DNA of 64,000 nt from a bacterium (GTDB taxonomy: Bacteria; UBA8248): NCBI GenBank assembly GCA_965202625.1, contig CBDBBI010000010.1, positions 576,001 to 640,000 on the forward strand. The letters run 5' to 3'. The notes under the pieces are model-generated. The model ran no database searches and was not told where the DNA came from. It was given only the letters and a program-made list of their open reading frames with translations. Shown one piece after another: positions 10,286-20,823 of this stretch (position 1 is the first letter of the stretch; each line of letters begins with the position of its first letter). The translations under genes were made by a program, and so were the position numbers.

Positions 10286-10437
10286 GACGTGAAATCGAGA
10301 TTCTGATCTTGGTCTTTCTGGGATACTTGTGCTTGATGATTGGTTTTCGCGTAGAAGACATTGGCATAGAAGTGTTTTTCTATATTCTTTCGGCTATGTT
10401 TTTTTTGGCGATTTTTCGACCCAAGCAGTCCCCCTGA
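10282..10437 (+). CDS. Small two-TM membrane protein (51 aa, below the ORF-track cut-off)
   Basis: ATGA overlap with the upstream stop; MRREIEILILVFLGYLCLMIGFRVEDIGIEVFFYILSAMFFLAIFRPKQSP. Confidence 0.55.
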   Translation: MRREIEILILVFLGYLCLMIGFRVEDIGIEVFFYILSAMFFLAIFRPKQSP

Positions 10438-10451
10438 CAGAGATGCATTCT

Positions 10452-10528
10452 GGCGGCGTAGCTCAACCGGTTAGAGCATACGGCTCATATCCGTAGTGTT
10501 GGGGGTTCAAGTCCCTCCGCCGCTACCA
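10452..10528 (+). tRNA. tRNA with CAT anticodon (elongator Met most likely; Ile2 not excluded)
   Basis: GGCGGCG/CGCCGCT acceptor stem, TACGG-CTCATAT-CCGTA anticodon arm, GGTTCAAGTCC T-loop, encoded CCA. Confidence 0.95.
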
Positions 10529-10558
10529 TTTCCTCGCCGTCCAGGCAGGACGTTCTCA

Positions 10559-12046
10559 ATGGCGACGAACGCCGTGCAAACTTCTCTATTGAAAGCCAGA
10601 AAAGCGTTTGAGGCTAAGGTGCGGAAAGGTCTCAAAAAATCCGCTCACGAGTCGAATGCCTCGCCCTTACTCGTTGGCTTTTCGGGTGGGGCGGATTCCA
10701 CCGCTCTTTTGGTGTCCCTCAAATCGCTTTTGCCGGAATCCCAGCCCCTGTGCGCGGTTCACGTTGAGCACGGGCTCCGAGGCTATCGCTCTGTGCGAGA
10801 CGCCGCTCATTCCGAGAATGTATGCCGAGAATATGGCATTCATTTCCGCTGTGAGCGTGTTGAAGTGTCTCGGGTGGCGCAATGTGGTCTAGAGAGGGCC
10901 GCTCGAGAATCGAGACGCTCGGCTTTTCTGGCCGTCGCCGAAGAAATGGGTGCCGATACGCTCGCCTTGGCTCACAACAGGGATGAGCAAGCCGAAACCG
11001 TGCTCATGCGCTTGTTCGAGGGCGCTGGCGCGCGAGGTATTTCAGGCATGAAATGGTGGGTCCCTCTTTCGTCAAAAGAGACGGAGGGGTTGCGCATCAT
11101 CCGGCCCTTGCTTGATGCGTCGCGCGCTGAAATTTTAACCTATCTGGATGCGCGAGGAGTTCGCTGGATCGAAGATGAGACGAACGAGGACGAGGGCCGC
11201 TTGAGAAACCGGATACGCAAACAGATCATGCCGGCGATTCGAGAGAATTTTGGGGATGCAGCTATCTGCGGAATCGCGAAGAGTGCGGAAATCTCAACGA
11301 CTCTCGCCTTTTTGGCAGAGGAGCTGAGTGTGGATGCGAGTACAAAGTTCGTTCATGAAGATGACGGGAAACTGATCGTTTTTCCGCTGCGGGAGGTAAG
11401 GAGCCTCAAGCAGGCGATCAGGGCCGGAGTGTGGCGCGCGGTGTTGGAAATGCACAGAGACGGCGCGCGTGTGCGCGTCCGAAGGCACGCCCTCAGAAAG
11501 TGGATCGAGGCACTAGATGGCCTCGCAACCGGGGATAATCCCTCGGGCGCTTTGCGCTTGCCGGGTGGATTGGAGGCGAGAAGGGAGTATGACCGACTCT
11601 TTTTGGGGCCTCTTCAGCACGACTTAAAATTGTCCGAGGAGCAAAGGCTTCGGGTTCCCGGAAAAACGGTTCACCTCTCATTGGGTCTTGAAATCGAAGC
11701 TTCTCTTGGCTTCGGGCATCGTTGCGTGGGGCCGTGGGAGGCGCGTCTTAACCTAGAAAATCTGGGTGTGGATGCCCGCGTCCGCACCCGGCGCGATGGG
11801 GATCGCTTCCATCCTTTAGGCCGCAAAAAGGAGCGGAAGTTGAAAGATTACTTCATGGAACAAAAGATACCGAAATTCACGAGAAACAAAATGCCTCTGC
11901 TTGCCGTGGAAGGGAAAGTGGCTTGGATAATCGGACATCAGATTTCAGCGGAATTCGCACTCGATGAGAATGCGAAGGGGGGGGTAACACTCAAGACGTT
12001 GCCCAGAAAGGAGGACGACAAACCTCTCGCTTCTCTGAGCGAGTGA
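10559..12046 (+). CDS. tilS: tRNA(Ile)-lysidine synthetase
   Basis: SGGADS PP-loop, HGLR, AHNRDEQAET, IIRPLL, RNRIR, TilS-C domain. Confidence 0.95.
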   Translation: MATNAVQTSLLKARKAFEAKVRKGLKKSAHESNASPLLVGFSGGADSTALLVSLKSLLPESQPLCAVHVEHGLRGYRSVRDAAHSENVCREYGIHFRCERVEVSRVAQCGLERAARESRRSAFLAVAEEMGADTLALAHNRDEQAETVLMRLFEGAGARGISGMKWWVPLSSKETEGLRIIRPLLDASRAEILTYLDARGVRWIEDETNEDEGRLRNRIRKQIMPAIRENFGDAAICGIAKSAEISTTLAFLAEELSVDASTKFVHEDDGKLIVFPLREVRSLKQAIRAGVWRAVLEMHRDGARVRVRRHALRKWIEALDGLATGDNPSGALRLPGGLEARREYDRLFLGPLQHDLKLSEEQRLRVPGKTVHLSLGLEIEASLGFGHRCVGPWEARLNLENLGVDARVRTRRDGDRFHPLGRKKERKLKDYFMEQKIPKFTRNKMPLLAVEGKVAWIIGHQISAEFALDENAKGGVTLKTLPRKEDDKPLASLSE

Positions 12047-12201
12047 GCTTTTGAAGCCCCTCGTTTTTCTTTCGCTGGCCGGGCGACTTTGACGTTGACA
12101 CACTGATATAAGGCTGATGTTTATAGACGGATGAAAAAAATCCTGATACCTTATTCTTAATGGATCAAGGAGGCACTTATCCGAAAGAGAAGGGACGTAT
12201 T

Positions 12202-14121
12202 TTGAACCAATTTTACAAAAATTTGGCTCTTTGGCTAATCATAGGCCTGATAATGGTAGGTTTGTTCCAGGCTTTCAATGGCCCGCACTCAATGGACAGG
12301 ACGGTCGTCTATAGCGATTTTCTGAAAGCGGTCGCTGACGGCCAAGTGAGCGAAGTGGTCGTTCAGGGAGACGATATCCGTGGCCGCTACCTCAGCGGAA
12401 GGGCGTTTCACACCTATGCCCCCAAGGATCCGAAACTCATTGACACCCTCAGGGCCAAGGGCGTCCGCATCACGGCACAACCCGTGGGACAAAACGCCTG
12501 GTACATGAACGTGCTCCTCAGCTGGCTACCCATGCTGGTGATGCTGGGTGTCTGGATTTTCTTCATGCGTCAAATGCAAATGGGCGGCTCTAAAGCTCTA
12601 TCCTTTGGAAAGAGCAAGGCACGCATGATGCCGGATTCCGCGAAGAAGAAGATTACGTTCAAGGACGTGGCCGGCATTCAGGAGGCGAAGGAAGAGCTGG
12701 AGGAGTTGGTTGATTTTCTTCGCGATCCGCAAAAATTCACGCGCTTGGGTGCGCGGATTCCAAAGGGCGTTCTCATGGTCGGCCCCCCGGGAACGGGAAA
12801 AACCCTTCTCGCACGCGCCATCGCCGGCGAGGCCGACGTGCCGTTTTTCTCCATCAGTGGGTCGAGTTTCGTGGAGATGTTCGTCGGTGTCGGGGCGTCG
12901 AGAGTTCGAGATTTATTCGAACAGGGCAAGTCAAACGCGCCGTGCATTATTTTCATCGATGAGATTGACGCCGTGGGGCGGCACAGGGGTGCTGGCCTTG
13001 GTGGCGGCCACGATGAGCGCGAACAGACGCTCAATCAACTCCTCGTCGAGATGGACGGCTTTGAGTCGAACGACGGCGTTATCTTGATGGCGGCGACGAA
13101 CCGCCCGGACGTGCTGGATCCGGCCCTCCTCAGGCCGGGCCGCTTCGATCGCCAGATAGTCGTCTCCTTGCCCGACATCAAGGGACGTTTGGCGATTTTG
13201 AAGGTGCACGCCAAGAAAGTCCCACTGGATGAATCCGTCGATCTGAATCTCATCGCGCGAGGTACGCCTCGATTCGCTGGTGCCGATCTGGCGAACCTTT
13301 TAAACGAATCCGCGCTTTTAGCCGCGCGCCGGGGAAAACGTTCCGTTCAAAATGAAGATTTGATGGAGGCGAAAGACAAGGTTTTGATGGGCAAGGAGCG
13401 GCGCAGCATCGCACTCAGCGAAAAGGAAAAAAGGAGCACGGCCTACCATGAGGCGGGGCACGCCCTCGTTTCGTTGCTAATACCCGGGACGGACCCCGTC
13501 GAGAAGGTGACCATCATCCCGAGAGGTTTCTCGTTGGGGAGCACATGGTCCTCGCCCCTTGAAGATCGCTACAGCAACGACAAGACGTTTCTGACGAACC
13601 AGCTCGCCTGCTTGATGGGCGGGCGGGCGGCGGAGATGCTCGTCTTCAAGGAGTTAACGACCGGAGCGAAAGCCGACATCCAGACGTCGACCGATCTGGC
13701 CAGAAGCATGATTTGCGAATGGGGGATGAGCGATAAACTTGGTCCCTTGGCCTATGGTAAAAAACATGAGCAAATTTTCTTGGGCCGGGAGATATCCCAG
13801 CACAGGGATTATAGCGATCAAGTGGCCCTAGAGATCGACAACGAAGTGAAGCACATGGTCACCTCAAACTACGATAAGGCGTATAAATTGCTCGAGCAGA
13901 ACCGGGATAAGCTCGATTTGCTCGCCAATGCCCTGCTTGAATATGAAACCATCGATCTCGAAGACATTGAGTCTTTGATGGAAACCGGAAAAATCATCAG
14001 GCCCCGGAAACGAAAAGACGGAATGAATAAAGGAAGAGCCTCGGTCTCTCCCCAACCTAGGGACCCCCCCCATGAGGATCCGCAGGCGTCGCCGACGGAC
14101 CTGGCACCCGGCCAAGCCTAG
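12202..14121 (+). CDS. ftsH: ATP-dependent zinc metalloprotease FtsH
   Basis: Two TMs, [28 protein letters not shown]. Confidence 0.98.
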   Translation: MNQFYKNLALWLIIGLIMVGLFQAFNGPHSMDRTVVYSDFLKAVADGQVSEVVVQGDDIRGRYLSGRAFHTYAPKDPKLIDTLRAKGVRITAQPVGQNAWYMNVLLSWLPMLVMLGVWIFFMRQMQMGGSKALSFGKSKARMMPDSAKKKITFKDVAGIQEAKEELEELVDFLRDPQKFTRLGARIPKGVLMVGPPGTGKTLLARAIAGEADVPFFSISGSSFVEMFVGVGASRVRDLFEQGKSNAPCIIFIDEIDAVGRHRGAGLGGGHDEREQTLNQLLVEMDGFESNDGVILMAATNRPDVLDPALLRPGRFDRQIVVSLPDIKGRLAILKVHAKKVPLDESVDLNLIARGTPRFAGADLANLLNESALLAARRGKRSVQNEDLMEAKDKVLMGKERRSIALSEKEKRSTAYHEAGHALVSLLIPGTDPVEKVTIIPRGFSLGSTWSSPLEDRYSNDKTFLTNQLACLMGGRAAEMLVFKELTTGAKADIQTSTDLARSMICEWGMSDKLGPLAYGKKHEQIFLGREISQHRDYSDQVALEIDNEVKHMVTSNYDKAYKLLEQNRDKLDLLANALLEYETIDLEDIESLMETGKIIRPRKRKDGMNKGRASVSPQPRDPPHEDPQASPTDLAPGQA

Positions 14122-14201
14122 TTCGTTCCCGAATTTTGATTTGTTCGGATGGGGTGACGTTTGTCCTCATCCGAGATTTCTTATCTTCCAAGAGGGGAGG
14201 T

Positions 14202-14930
14202 ATGTCTAAGCTCTGCGTGAACGTAGATCACGTCGCCACCATTCGAGAAGCGCGAAAGACGAACGAGCCCGACCCGGTAGCAGCCGCGCTCATTGCCGAG
14301 CGAGCGGGCGCGATTGGCGTCACTGTCCACCTTCGTGAGGATAGACGGCACGTCCAGGACAGGGACTTAAGGTTGATGCGCCAGGTAGTTCGTGGCAAGC
14401 TTAATCTAGAGATGGCGCCAGTATCTGAGATGCGGGACATCGCCCTTGACGTGCGGCCGGAGCAGGTGACCCTTGTTCCAGAGCGACGCGAGGAGATAAC
14501 AACCGAGGGTGGCTTGGATGCAGAGGGCAACATTGAGCAGCTCGCCGCCTTTACGAAGCCCCTGAGAGACGCAGGCGTTCTGCTGAGCCTCTTCGTCGAT
14601 CCCCATCCCTCGCAAATTGAGGCGGTAAAGGCACTAAATGTGGATTTTATCGAATTGAATACGGCAGCCTATTCCGAGGCCAAAAACCATGTTTCCCAAG
14701 AGAAAGAGTTGGACGCGCTTCGTGGTGCGACCGCGTGCGCCCACGGCCTTAACCTTGGCGTGCACGCCGGCCACGGACTCAATTATATCAACGTGCGCGC
14801 CGTGGCCTCTCTCCCCCGTCTCCAGGAGCTAAACATCGGCCACAGCATCGTCTCGCATTCGGTTTTCGTCGGCTTTGAGAGCGCCGTGCGTGAGATGGCC
14901 GGTATCATCGAACGTGTCAGCGGTGCCTGA
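14202..14930 (+). CDS. pdxJ: Pyridoxine 5'-phosphate synthase
   Basis: NVDHVATIREAR, HLREDRRH, TTEGGLD, HAGHGL, ELNIGH. Confidence 0.97.
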   Translation: MSKLCVNVDHVATIREARKTNEPDPVAAALIAERAGAIGVTVHLREDRRHVQDRDLRLMRQVVRGKLNLEMAPVSEMRDIALDVRPEQVTLVPERREEITTEGGLDAEGNIEQLAAFTKPLRDAGVLLSLFVDPHPSQIEAVKALNVDFIELNTAAYSEAKNHVSQEKELDALRGATACAHGLNLGVHAGHGLNYINVRAVASLPRLQELNIGHSIVSHSVFVGFESAVREMAGIIERVSGA

Positions 14931-14932
14931 AT

Positions 14933-16519
14933 ATGCCAATTCCCGTCGTCACCGCCCATGAAATGTCCAATATCGACGACCGGGCGATCCATGAATACGG
15001 AATTCCCTCTGCGTGTTTGATGGAAACGGTGGGGGCGAAATCTGCCCAAAGGATCTGGGAAACGTATGGAAAGGCGGGACTTCGTGTTTTAGTCGTGTGC
15101 GGGAAGGGAAATAATGGCGGAGATGGATTTGTCATCGCCAGACACTTGTGCAACGCCGGGGCAGACGTGGAGGTCGCCACCCTCTTCCCCTTACGCGATG
15201 CGGCGGGCGATGCGGCCGTTTTTCTCAACGTTCTCGGAAAAATGGAAATTCTCGTCTTTGAGGTGGACGAGGCAAGCGCCTCGTCTTTCGAGATGACGCT
15301 GAAAGATGCGGACATCATCGTGGACGCCATTCTGGGGACGGGTTTTCGACCCCCCGCCCGGGGCCTGCCGGCGGAGGCGATTCGCATCCTCTCCAGGTGT
15401 GGGACCCCTATCGTGGCGGTCGACGTGCCGTCCGGCCTCGACGCCACCTCTGGAGGGGCCACGCCTCCACACCTTGAAGCGGAACTCACCCTGGCATTGG
15501 GCGCGCTGAAGAGGGGGCATATTCTCATGCCGGCCGCTGGGCACGTCGGTGAGTTGGCGTCACTCGATATCGGGATTCCGCAAAAGTGCATGGACGAGGA
15601 AAACGTTTCGTTCCATATGATCGAACGTTCCGACGTAGCAGAGAACTTGCCGCGAAGGTTTCCCGATGCCCACAAAGGGGATGCTGGCCATGTTTTTTTG
15701 ATAGCCGGCGCGCCGGGCATGTCGGGAGCCGCCCTGATGGCGGCCATGGCGGCTCTGCGTTCCGGAGCAGGCCGGGTGACACTCGGCGTTCCGGAAAGCA
15801 TTTATCCACTTCTTGAGAACGGATATCCGGAAATCATGACGCTGTCGCTACCCGCCACAAAATCAGGCTCCGTCGATGCTACAGCGTTTGACGTTATCGT
15901 TGAGCGCTCAGAGGAGATGAGTGCCTTAGTCGTAGGTCCCGGACTTGGAACGAATCCTAGAATGCTCGAACTCGTTCATCTGCTTGTCCAACACGTTGAC
16001 GGCCCGATCGTGCTGGACGCGGATGGACTAAACGCGCTTTCGCAAGACTTGACCATCCTGGACGGCAGACTCGCACAACTGATACTGACGCCCCATCCAG
16101 GCGAAATGGCAAGGTTGCTGGGCGTCTCGCCCGGAGAAGTGCAAGAAGCTCGCGTCGCGCACGCGAGCCGCTTCGCCGTGGATCATCGGCTGGATCTCGC
16201 GCTGAAAGGTTGGGGGACGATTGTGGCCACGGCGGAGGGAGAAACCTGGTACAACCCCACCGGAAATTCGGACATGGCCACCGCGGGCAGCGGAGACGTG
16301 CTGGCTGGCGTCATTGGCTCCCTGCTCGCCCAAGGGCTTTCCCACAAATGGGCACTGTTATCCGGAGTCTATTGGCATGGCTTGTCTGGAGAACTGGCGT
16401 CCTCGGAGGTGGGAGGACTCGGCATCACGGCGACCGACATTCTACGTGCGCTTCCCATGGGGAGGAGGAAAATTATCTTGGACGCAGGAGGTTCAGACAC
16501 TGCTCGAATTTCCCTTTGA
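14933..16519 (+). CDS. nnr: Bifunctional NAD(P)H-hydrate epimerase/dehydratase
   Basis: GKGNNGGDG, DAILGTG, DVPSG, HKG..G, GPGLG, LTPHPGE, ATAGSGDVL. Confidence 0.95.
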   Translation: MPIPVVTAHEMSNIDDRAIHEYGIPSACLMETVGAKSAQRIWETYGKAGLRVLVVCGKGNNGGDGFVIARHLCNAGADVEVATLFPLRDAAGDAAVFLNVLGKMEILVFEVDEASASSFEMTLKDADIIVDAILGTGFRPPARGLPAEAIRILSRCGTPIVAVDVPSGLDATSGGATPPHLEAELTLALGALKRGHILMPAAGHVGELASLDIGIPQKCMDEENVSFHMIERSDVAENLPRRFPDAHKGDAGHVFLIAGAPGMSGAALMAAMAALRSGAGRVTLGVPESIYPLLENGYPEIMTLSLPATKSGSVDATAFDVIVERSEEMSALVVGPGLGTNPRMLELVHLLVQHVDGPIVLDADGLNALSQDLTILDGRLAQLILTPHPGEMARLLGVSPGEVQEARVAHASRFAVDHRLDLALKGWGTIVATAEGETWYNPTGNSDMATAGSGDVLAGVIGSLLAQGLSHKWALLSGVYWHGLSGELASSEVGGLGITATDILRALPMGRRKIILDAGGSDTARISL

Positions 16520-16934
16520 AGCGCAAAGCAATTCCGTCGAGCAGACCGCCGTGCTCGGTGCGCGCTTAGCGAACACATCGAGGCCCGGCGAGGCTGTTTT
16601 GCTTGATGGCGACTTGGGATCTGGCAAGACCGTGTTTGCTAGAGGCTTCATAGAGTCGATGCCGGGGGGAGAGAAGAGAATCGTCAGGAGCCCCACCTTC
16701 ACCTATGTTTACCACTACCCGACAATTCCACCCGTTCACCATATCGACCTGTATCGACTTCCCAAAAGTTCCAACTTCAGGGAAATCGGATTGTGGGAAC
16801 ATATTGGAGAGAGCGACTTCGTGCTGATTGAGTGGCCCAGCCATGTGGAGAAATGGTGTTTTCCCGTGCGCACTCATGTGAGGTTCGAGATTTTGGGGGA
16901 AGGGAATAGACGTCTCTCTATCACCCGTTCCTGA
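16500..16934 (+). CDS. tsaE: tRNA t6A biosynthesis ATPase TsaE (probable CTG start)
   Basis: GDLGSGKT, SPTF, HIDLYRL, IEWP; AGGAGGT 7 nt before the in-frame CTG at 16500. Confidence 0.9.
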   Translation: MLEFPFEAQSNSVEQTAVLGARLANTSRPGEAVLLDGDLGSGKTVFARGFIESMPGGEKRIVRSPTFTYVYHYPTIPPVHHIDLYRLPKSSNFREIGLWEHIGESDFVLIEWPSHVEKWCFPVRTHVRFEILGEGNRRLSITRS

Positions 16935-17128
16935 TACATTCGTCTTTACAAAGAAAGAAAAGGATGGCAATCTGGTGGAGCATTGTTCTGTCTTATACGC
17001 TCTGTTGAGAAGAGGCACATTGTGGCTCCTGCGAGTTTCGGCGTTTCTTGTAGCCAATGTGGCGTCTATAGAACGTTCCGAGCCGCTGGACACTTCAAAA
17101 GGCGCTTACGATCCTTTTCCGTAAGGTA

Positions 17129-17719
17129 GTGAAAATCCTGCTACTTGGCTTACTGGTCGCCATTGGCGGGACCATTTCCTATTTCTTCATAGGGTCTTCG
17201 AATTATGAGTTCCGCATTGGAGGCGTTTCGTTCACGGGAATGGATGCGAACCTCAATATGGACGAAGTGCACGTCGTTCAAAACGAAAAAGGCGTGAAGG
17301 AATGGGAGCTTTGGGCGGATTCCGCCAAGGTGTATCGCAAAAAAGATGTGACGATTTTGAAGAACTTGCGCCTGCGTTTTTATCCACGAGATGGCGAACC
17401 AGCGGACGTGAGCGCGCAGAGAGGAGCCATGGAGAATAAAAGCCGAAACATGAAGATCAGCGGCAACGTCGTTATCTTAGCGTCGAACGGCGTGTCCATG
17501 AAAACTGACTCTTTGAATTTTCATCCCGAGAAAAAACGTATTGACTCGGATGCGCGAGTTCTGATGGAAGGCGCGCGTTTCCGTCTAAGCGGCACAGGTC
17601 TGTGGGGACGCACCGATTTAGGGCGTTATAAATTGAAGCATAAAGTGAGTGCCACTATATACAAAGTGAACGAGACATCTCGATATCGACGGCGAGAAAA
17701 TCAGCCTGTCCACAACTGA
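17129..17719 (+). CDS. lptC: LPS export protein LptC
   Basis: N-terminal TM, beta-jellyroll pattern (WELWADSA, ISGNV, KTDSL); first gene of the lptCAB run. Confidence 0.85.
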   Translation: MKILLLGLLVAIGGTISYFFIGSSNYEFRIGGVSFTGMDANLNMDEVHVVQNEKGVKEWELWADSAKVYRKKDVTILKNLRLRFYPRDGEPADVSAQRGAMENKSRNMKISGNVVILASNGVSMKTDSLNFHPEKKRIDSDARVLMEGARFRLSGTGLWGRTDLGRYKLKHKVSATIYKVNETSRYRRRENQPVHN

Positions 17720-17727
17720 GTTGGCAA

Positions 17728-18351
17728 ATGCTGATCGGAACGGAACAACTTATCATGAGAACGAAAATCTATTCCATTGGGCATCTTCGTTTCGTTTGTG
17801 CGGTATTGTGTACTGGGTTTTTGCTGTGGAGCGGGGCGAGCACGCACGGACAGGAGGCAGACCACAAAAGCCAGCCAAACAGTGGGAAGCCGCTTCACAT
17901 CACCTCCGATAAAATGGAAGTGGACAACCCGAAGAACTTCATCGTCTTTATCGGAAACGTGAAGGCAAACCAGGGAGATATGCGTATTCAGGCCAAGCGT
18001 CTTGAGGTGTATACAAAGCAGGCCAAGCGAAAAACAGGAGCGGAACCCCGGGCGAGTGCAGCGGACAGAGCAGGGGAGATCGATAGAATTGTGGCCATCG
18101 GGAATGTGCTGATGGAGCAAGAGAAAAGAAGGTTTGCCACTGCGGATCGCCTTGAATACCACGAATCCACCGGCGTTGCCGTCCTGACGGGCAACCCTCG
18201 CGCCTGGGAAGGAAACAACCAGTTGGTTGGCGACAAAATAGAGTTGAACATGAGAAAAGATACAACAATCGTTCACGGTTCGCCTCGCCAGAGAGTCAGC
18301 GTTACCCTTTTTCCTTCCAGCGAGGCGCTTCCCCGCAAGAAATCGAAATAG
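17728..18351 (+). CDS. lptA: LPS transport periplasmic protein LptA
   Basis: ITSDKME, FIGNVKANQG, AIGNV, LTGNP. Confidence 0.88.
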   Translation: MLIGTEQLIMRTKIYSIGHLRFVCAVLCTGFLLWSGASTHGQEADHKSQPNSGKPLHITSDKMEVDNPKNFIVFIGNVKANQGDMRIQAKRLEVYTKQAKRKTGAEPRASAADRAGEIDRIVAIGNVLMEQEKRRFATADRLEYHESTGVAVLTGNPRAWEGNNQLVGDKIELNMRKDTTIVHGSPRQRVSVTLFPSSEALPRKKSK

Positions 18352-18353
18352 CC

Positions 18354-19118
18354 ATGGCTGCGCTCGCCGGCCTTAGATTAGCGGGACGCGCCGGTTCTTC
18401 TTCCATTCTCACCACTGGATTGACGAAAATCTATTCCGGTCGAGAGGTTGTCTGCGGAGTGGATCTCGAGTTGCGTCCTAGAGAAATCGTGGGATTGCTT
18501 GGGCCGAACGGGGCCGGCAAGACGACGATATTTTATATGATCGTTGGCCTAGTCGCTCCGGATGCGGGAAAAGTTTTGTTGAACGGCATTGATATCACCG
18601 AGCTGCCCATGTATGTGCGCGCTAGGAGGGGAGTCAGTTACTTGCCGCAGGAAGCGTCTGTATTTCGTCGCCTTTCCGTGAGAGACAACATTATGGCGGT
18701 ACTCGAGTTAGGTCTTGACGATTCGAGGCGCCGCAAGGAGCGCCTGCATGAAATTCTTGAGGATCTGCGCATCCAGGACATCCAATCCCTAAAAGGATAC
18801 GCCCTCTCAGGTGGTGAGCGTAGGCGCGTAGAAATTGCGCGGGCCTTGGCTACCAATCCCACTTTCATGTTGCTTGACGAACCTTTCGCTGGTATCGACC
18901 CCATCGTGGTCCACGATGTGCAAGAAATCGTGGTGGATTTAAAAAACCGTGGAATCGGAATCGTAATTACAGACCACAATGTGCAGGAAACGCTTCGGAT
19001 ATCTGACAGGGCGTATGTCATTAACGAAGGTCGGATACTGAAGTCCGGCATACCCGAGGAAATCGCCGTGAGCGATGAAGTCCGCGCGGCCTATCTGGGC
19101 GAGAAATTTCGGCTCTAA
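18354..19118 (+). CDS. lptB: LPS export ABC ATPase LptB
   Basis: GPNGAGKTT, YLPQEASVFR, LSGGERRRVEIAR, DEPFAGIDP, ITDHNV. Confidence 0.97.
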   Translation: MAALAGLRLAGRAGSSSILTTGLTKIYSGREVVCGVDLELRPREIVGLLGPNGAGKTTIFYMIVGLVAPDAGKVLLNGIDITELPMYVRARRGVSYLPQEASVFRRLSVRDNIMAVLELGLDDSRRRKERLHEILEDLRIQDIQSLKGYALSGGERRRVEIARALATNPTFMLLDEPFAGIDPIVVHDVQEIVVDLKNRGIGIVITDHNVQETLRISDRAYVINEGRILKSGIPEEIAVSDEVRAAYLGEKFRL

Positions 19119-19135
19119 AGGCGAGAGAAACGGGC

Positions 19136-20578
19136 ATGGCTTTGCGACATGAAATGCAGATGAGGACAGAACAGCGCCTTGTCATGACGGCCATGTTGCG
19201 GCAGGCGATCAACCTCTTGCCCTTGAGCCGCATGGAAATGCAGCAGGCCGTTCAGCAGGAAATGCTGGAAAACCCCTTGCTCGAAGAGGTCCAGGACGAA
19301 ATGAGAGAAGTCGCCGATGGTGAGATGCCAGAGATGAGAGGCGATGTTCCCGAGAGAGGGAACGATGAGAGAGGAGAGATGGAAATTGAGTGGGAAAACA
19401 TCGTGCAGAATGATTATGCTGATCTTTCGCCGACGCCAGCCGATGAGGATTTTCCCTCCTATGAACAGACGCTGGTCCGGTCGGATACTCTACATGAGCA
19501 CTTGAAATGGCAGCTGGGTCTCTCGATGATTCCCAAGCCGATAGCCCGAGTCGCCGAGCAAATTATCTGGAACGTTAACGAGCAGGGTTATCTCGAGGCA
19601 GAGGCAGAGGAGCTGGCGACTAGCCTGGCTCTGGGGCCTCGTGAAGCCAATAGGGCGTTGACGCTGGTGCAGGGCTTTGATCCGCCGGGCGTTGGTGCGA
19701 GAACACTTCGAGAATGCCTGCTTATCCAGTTGAAAAATTATGCGTTTTCGGTGAATGGCAATGGCCGTTTCGTGGATTTGGCGCGCGTTTTGGTGCTTGA
19801 GGATATTGAGAGGCTAGACGAGCGCCAGTATGCGAAACTCGCCAAAGCCAACGGCGTGGAGATAGAAGACATCGCTCGGGCCATTCTCATCATCCGGAGC
19901 CTCGACCCCTATCCGGGTTTACGCTTCTCCGACCAAAGGGTCGAAGTGGTGATTCCGGACGTCAGCATCGCCAAGAGAGGGGATGATTACGAGGTGACCC
20001 TCAATGACGATGGCCTTCCGCCCTTGCGCGTCAACGCATCTTATGCGGCCATGGCCGCTGATAAGGCGCGAACGCCTCCCGACACGTGGAAGTATTTGAA
20101 TGAAAAGCTCAAGTCCGCCGTCTGGTTTCTCAAAAGCATAGAGCAAAGAAGGCGGACGATCCTGAACGTTTCCCGCAGCATCGCCCGTTTTCAAAGGGAT
20201 TTTCTGGAGCATGGCGTGGGGCACCTAAAGCCCCTGGTTTTGAAGGATGTGGCTGAAAATATCGGGATGCACGAATCGACCGTGAGCCGTGTGACGACGG
20301 GCAAGTATGTGGATACGCCGCAAGGCGTTTTGAATTTGAAGTATTTTTTCCACAGCGGGTTGGCCTCAGAGAGGGGAGAGAGCACCTCTTCGGTGGCTGT
20401 GAAGGAAATTATCAAGAAAATGGTGAAGGAGGAAAATCTCCGCAAACCGCTCACTGACCAGCAAATTGCGGATAGGCTCAAACGGGAAGGCGTAGTGATA
20501 GCGAGGCGTACGGTGACAAAATATCGTAAGGAGACGCGCATCCCTCCTGCGAGCAAAAGGCGCGTGATAGCTCGATGA
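19136..20578 (+). CDS. rpoN: RNA polymerase sigma-54 factor
   Basis: DPPGVGAR, HESTVSR, RpoN box ARRTVTKYR. Confidence 0.97.
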   Translation: MALRHEMQMRTEQRLVMTAMLRQAINLLPLSRMEMQQAVQQEMLENPLLEEVQDEMREVADGEMPEMRGDVPERGNDERGEMEIEWENIVQNDYADLSPTPADEDFPSYEQTLVRSDTLHEHLKWQLGLSMIPKPIARVAEQIIWNVNEQGYLEAEAEELATSLALGPREANRALTLVQGFDPPGVGARTLRECLLIQLKNYAFSVNGNGRFVDLARVLVLEDIERLDERQYAKLAKANGVEIEDIARAILIIRSLDPYPGLRFSDQRVEVVIPDVSIAKRGDDYEVTLNDDGLPPLRVNASYAAMAADKARTPPDTWKYLNEKLKSAVWFLKSIEQRRRTILNVSRSIARFQRDFLEHGVGHLKPLVLKDVAENIGMHESTVSRVTTGKYVDTPQGVLNLKYFFHSGLASERGESTSSVAVKEIIKKMVKEENLRKPLTDQQIADRLKREGVVIARRTVTKYRKETRIPPASKRRVIAR

Positions 20579-20823
20579 CGTTTGGGACGAAGATGCGCAC
20601 TTCGCGCGTTCGTGGTGATGGGAAAAAAACTATACCGACCAAGCGATTCTTACTCCACCTAAACAGCATGGGGAATTTTTGCTATAATTTATTTATATAT
20701 TAAGGTATCCATTCCTTGGGGCCGCCGACTTTTGGATTTTTTCGGGCATGTTCATTGTCATCGTCATCTGCGGGTGAGGGGGGTTTCATCACCCAGGCGC
20801 GGTCTGAATTATCGAGGAGGACG

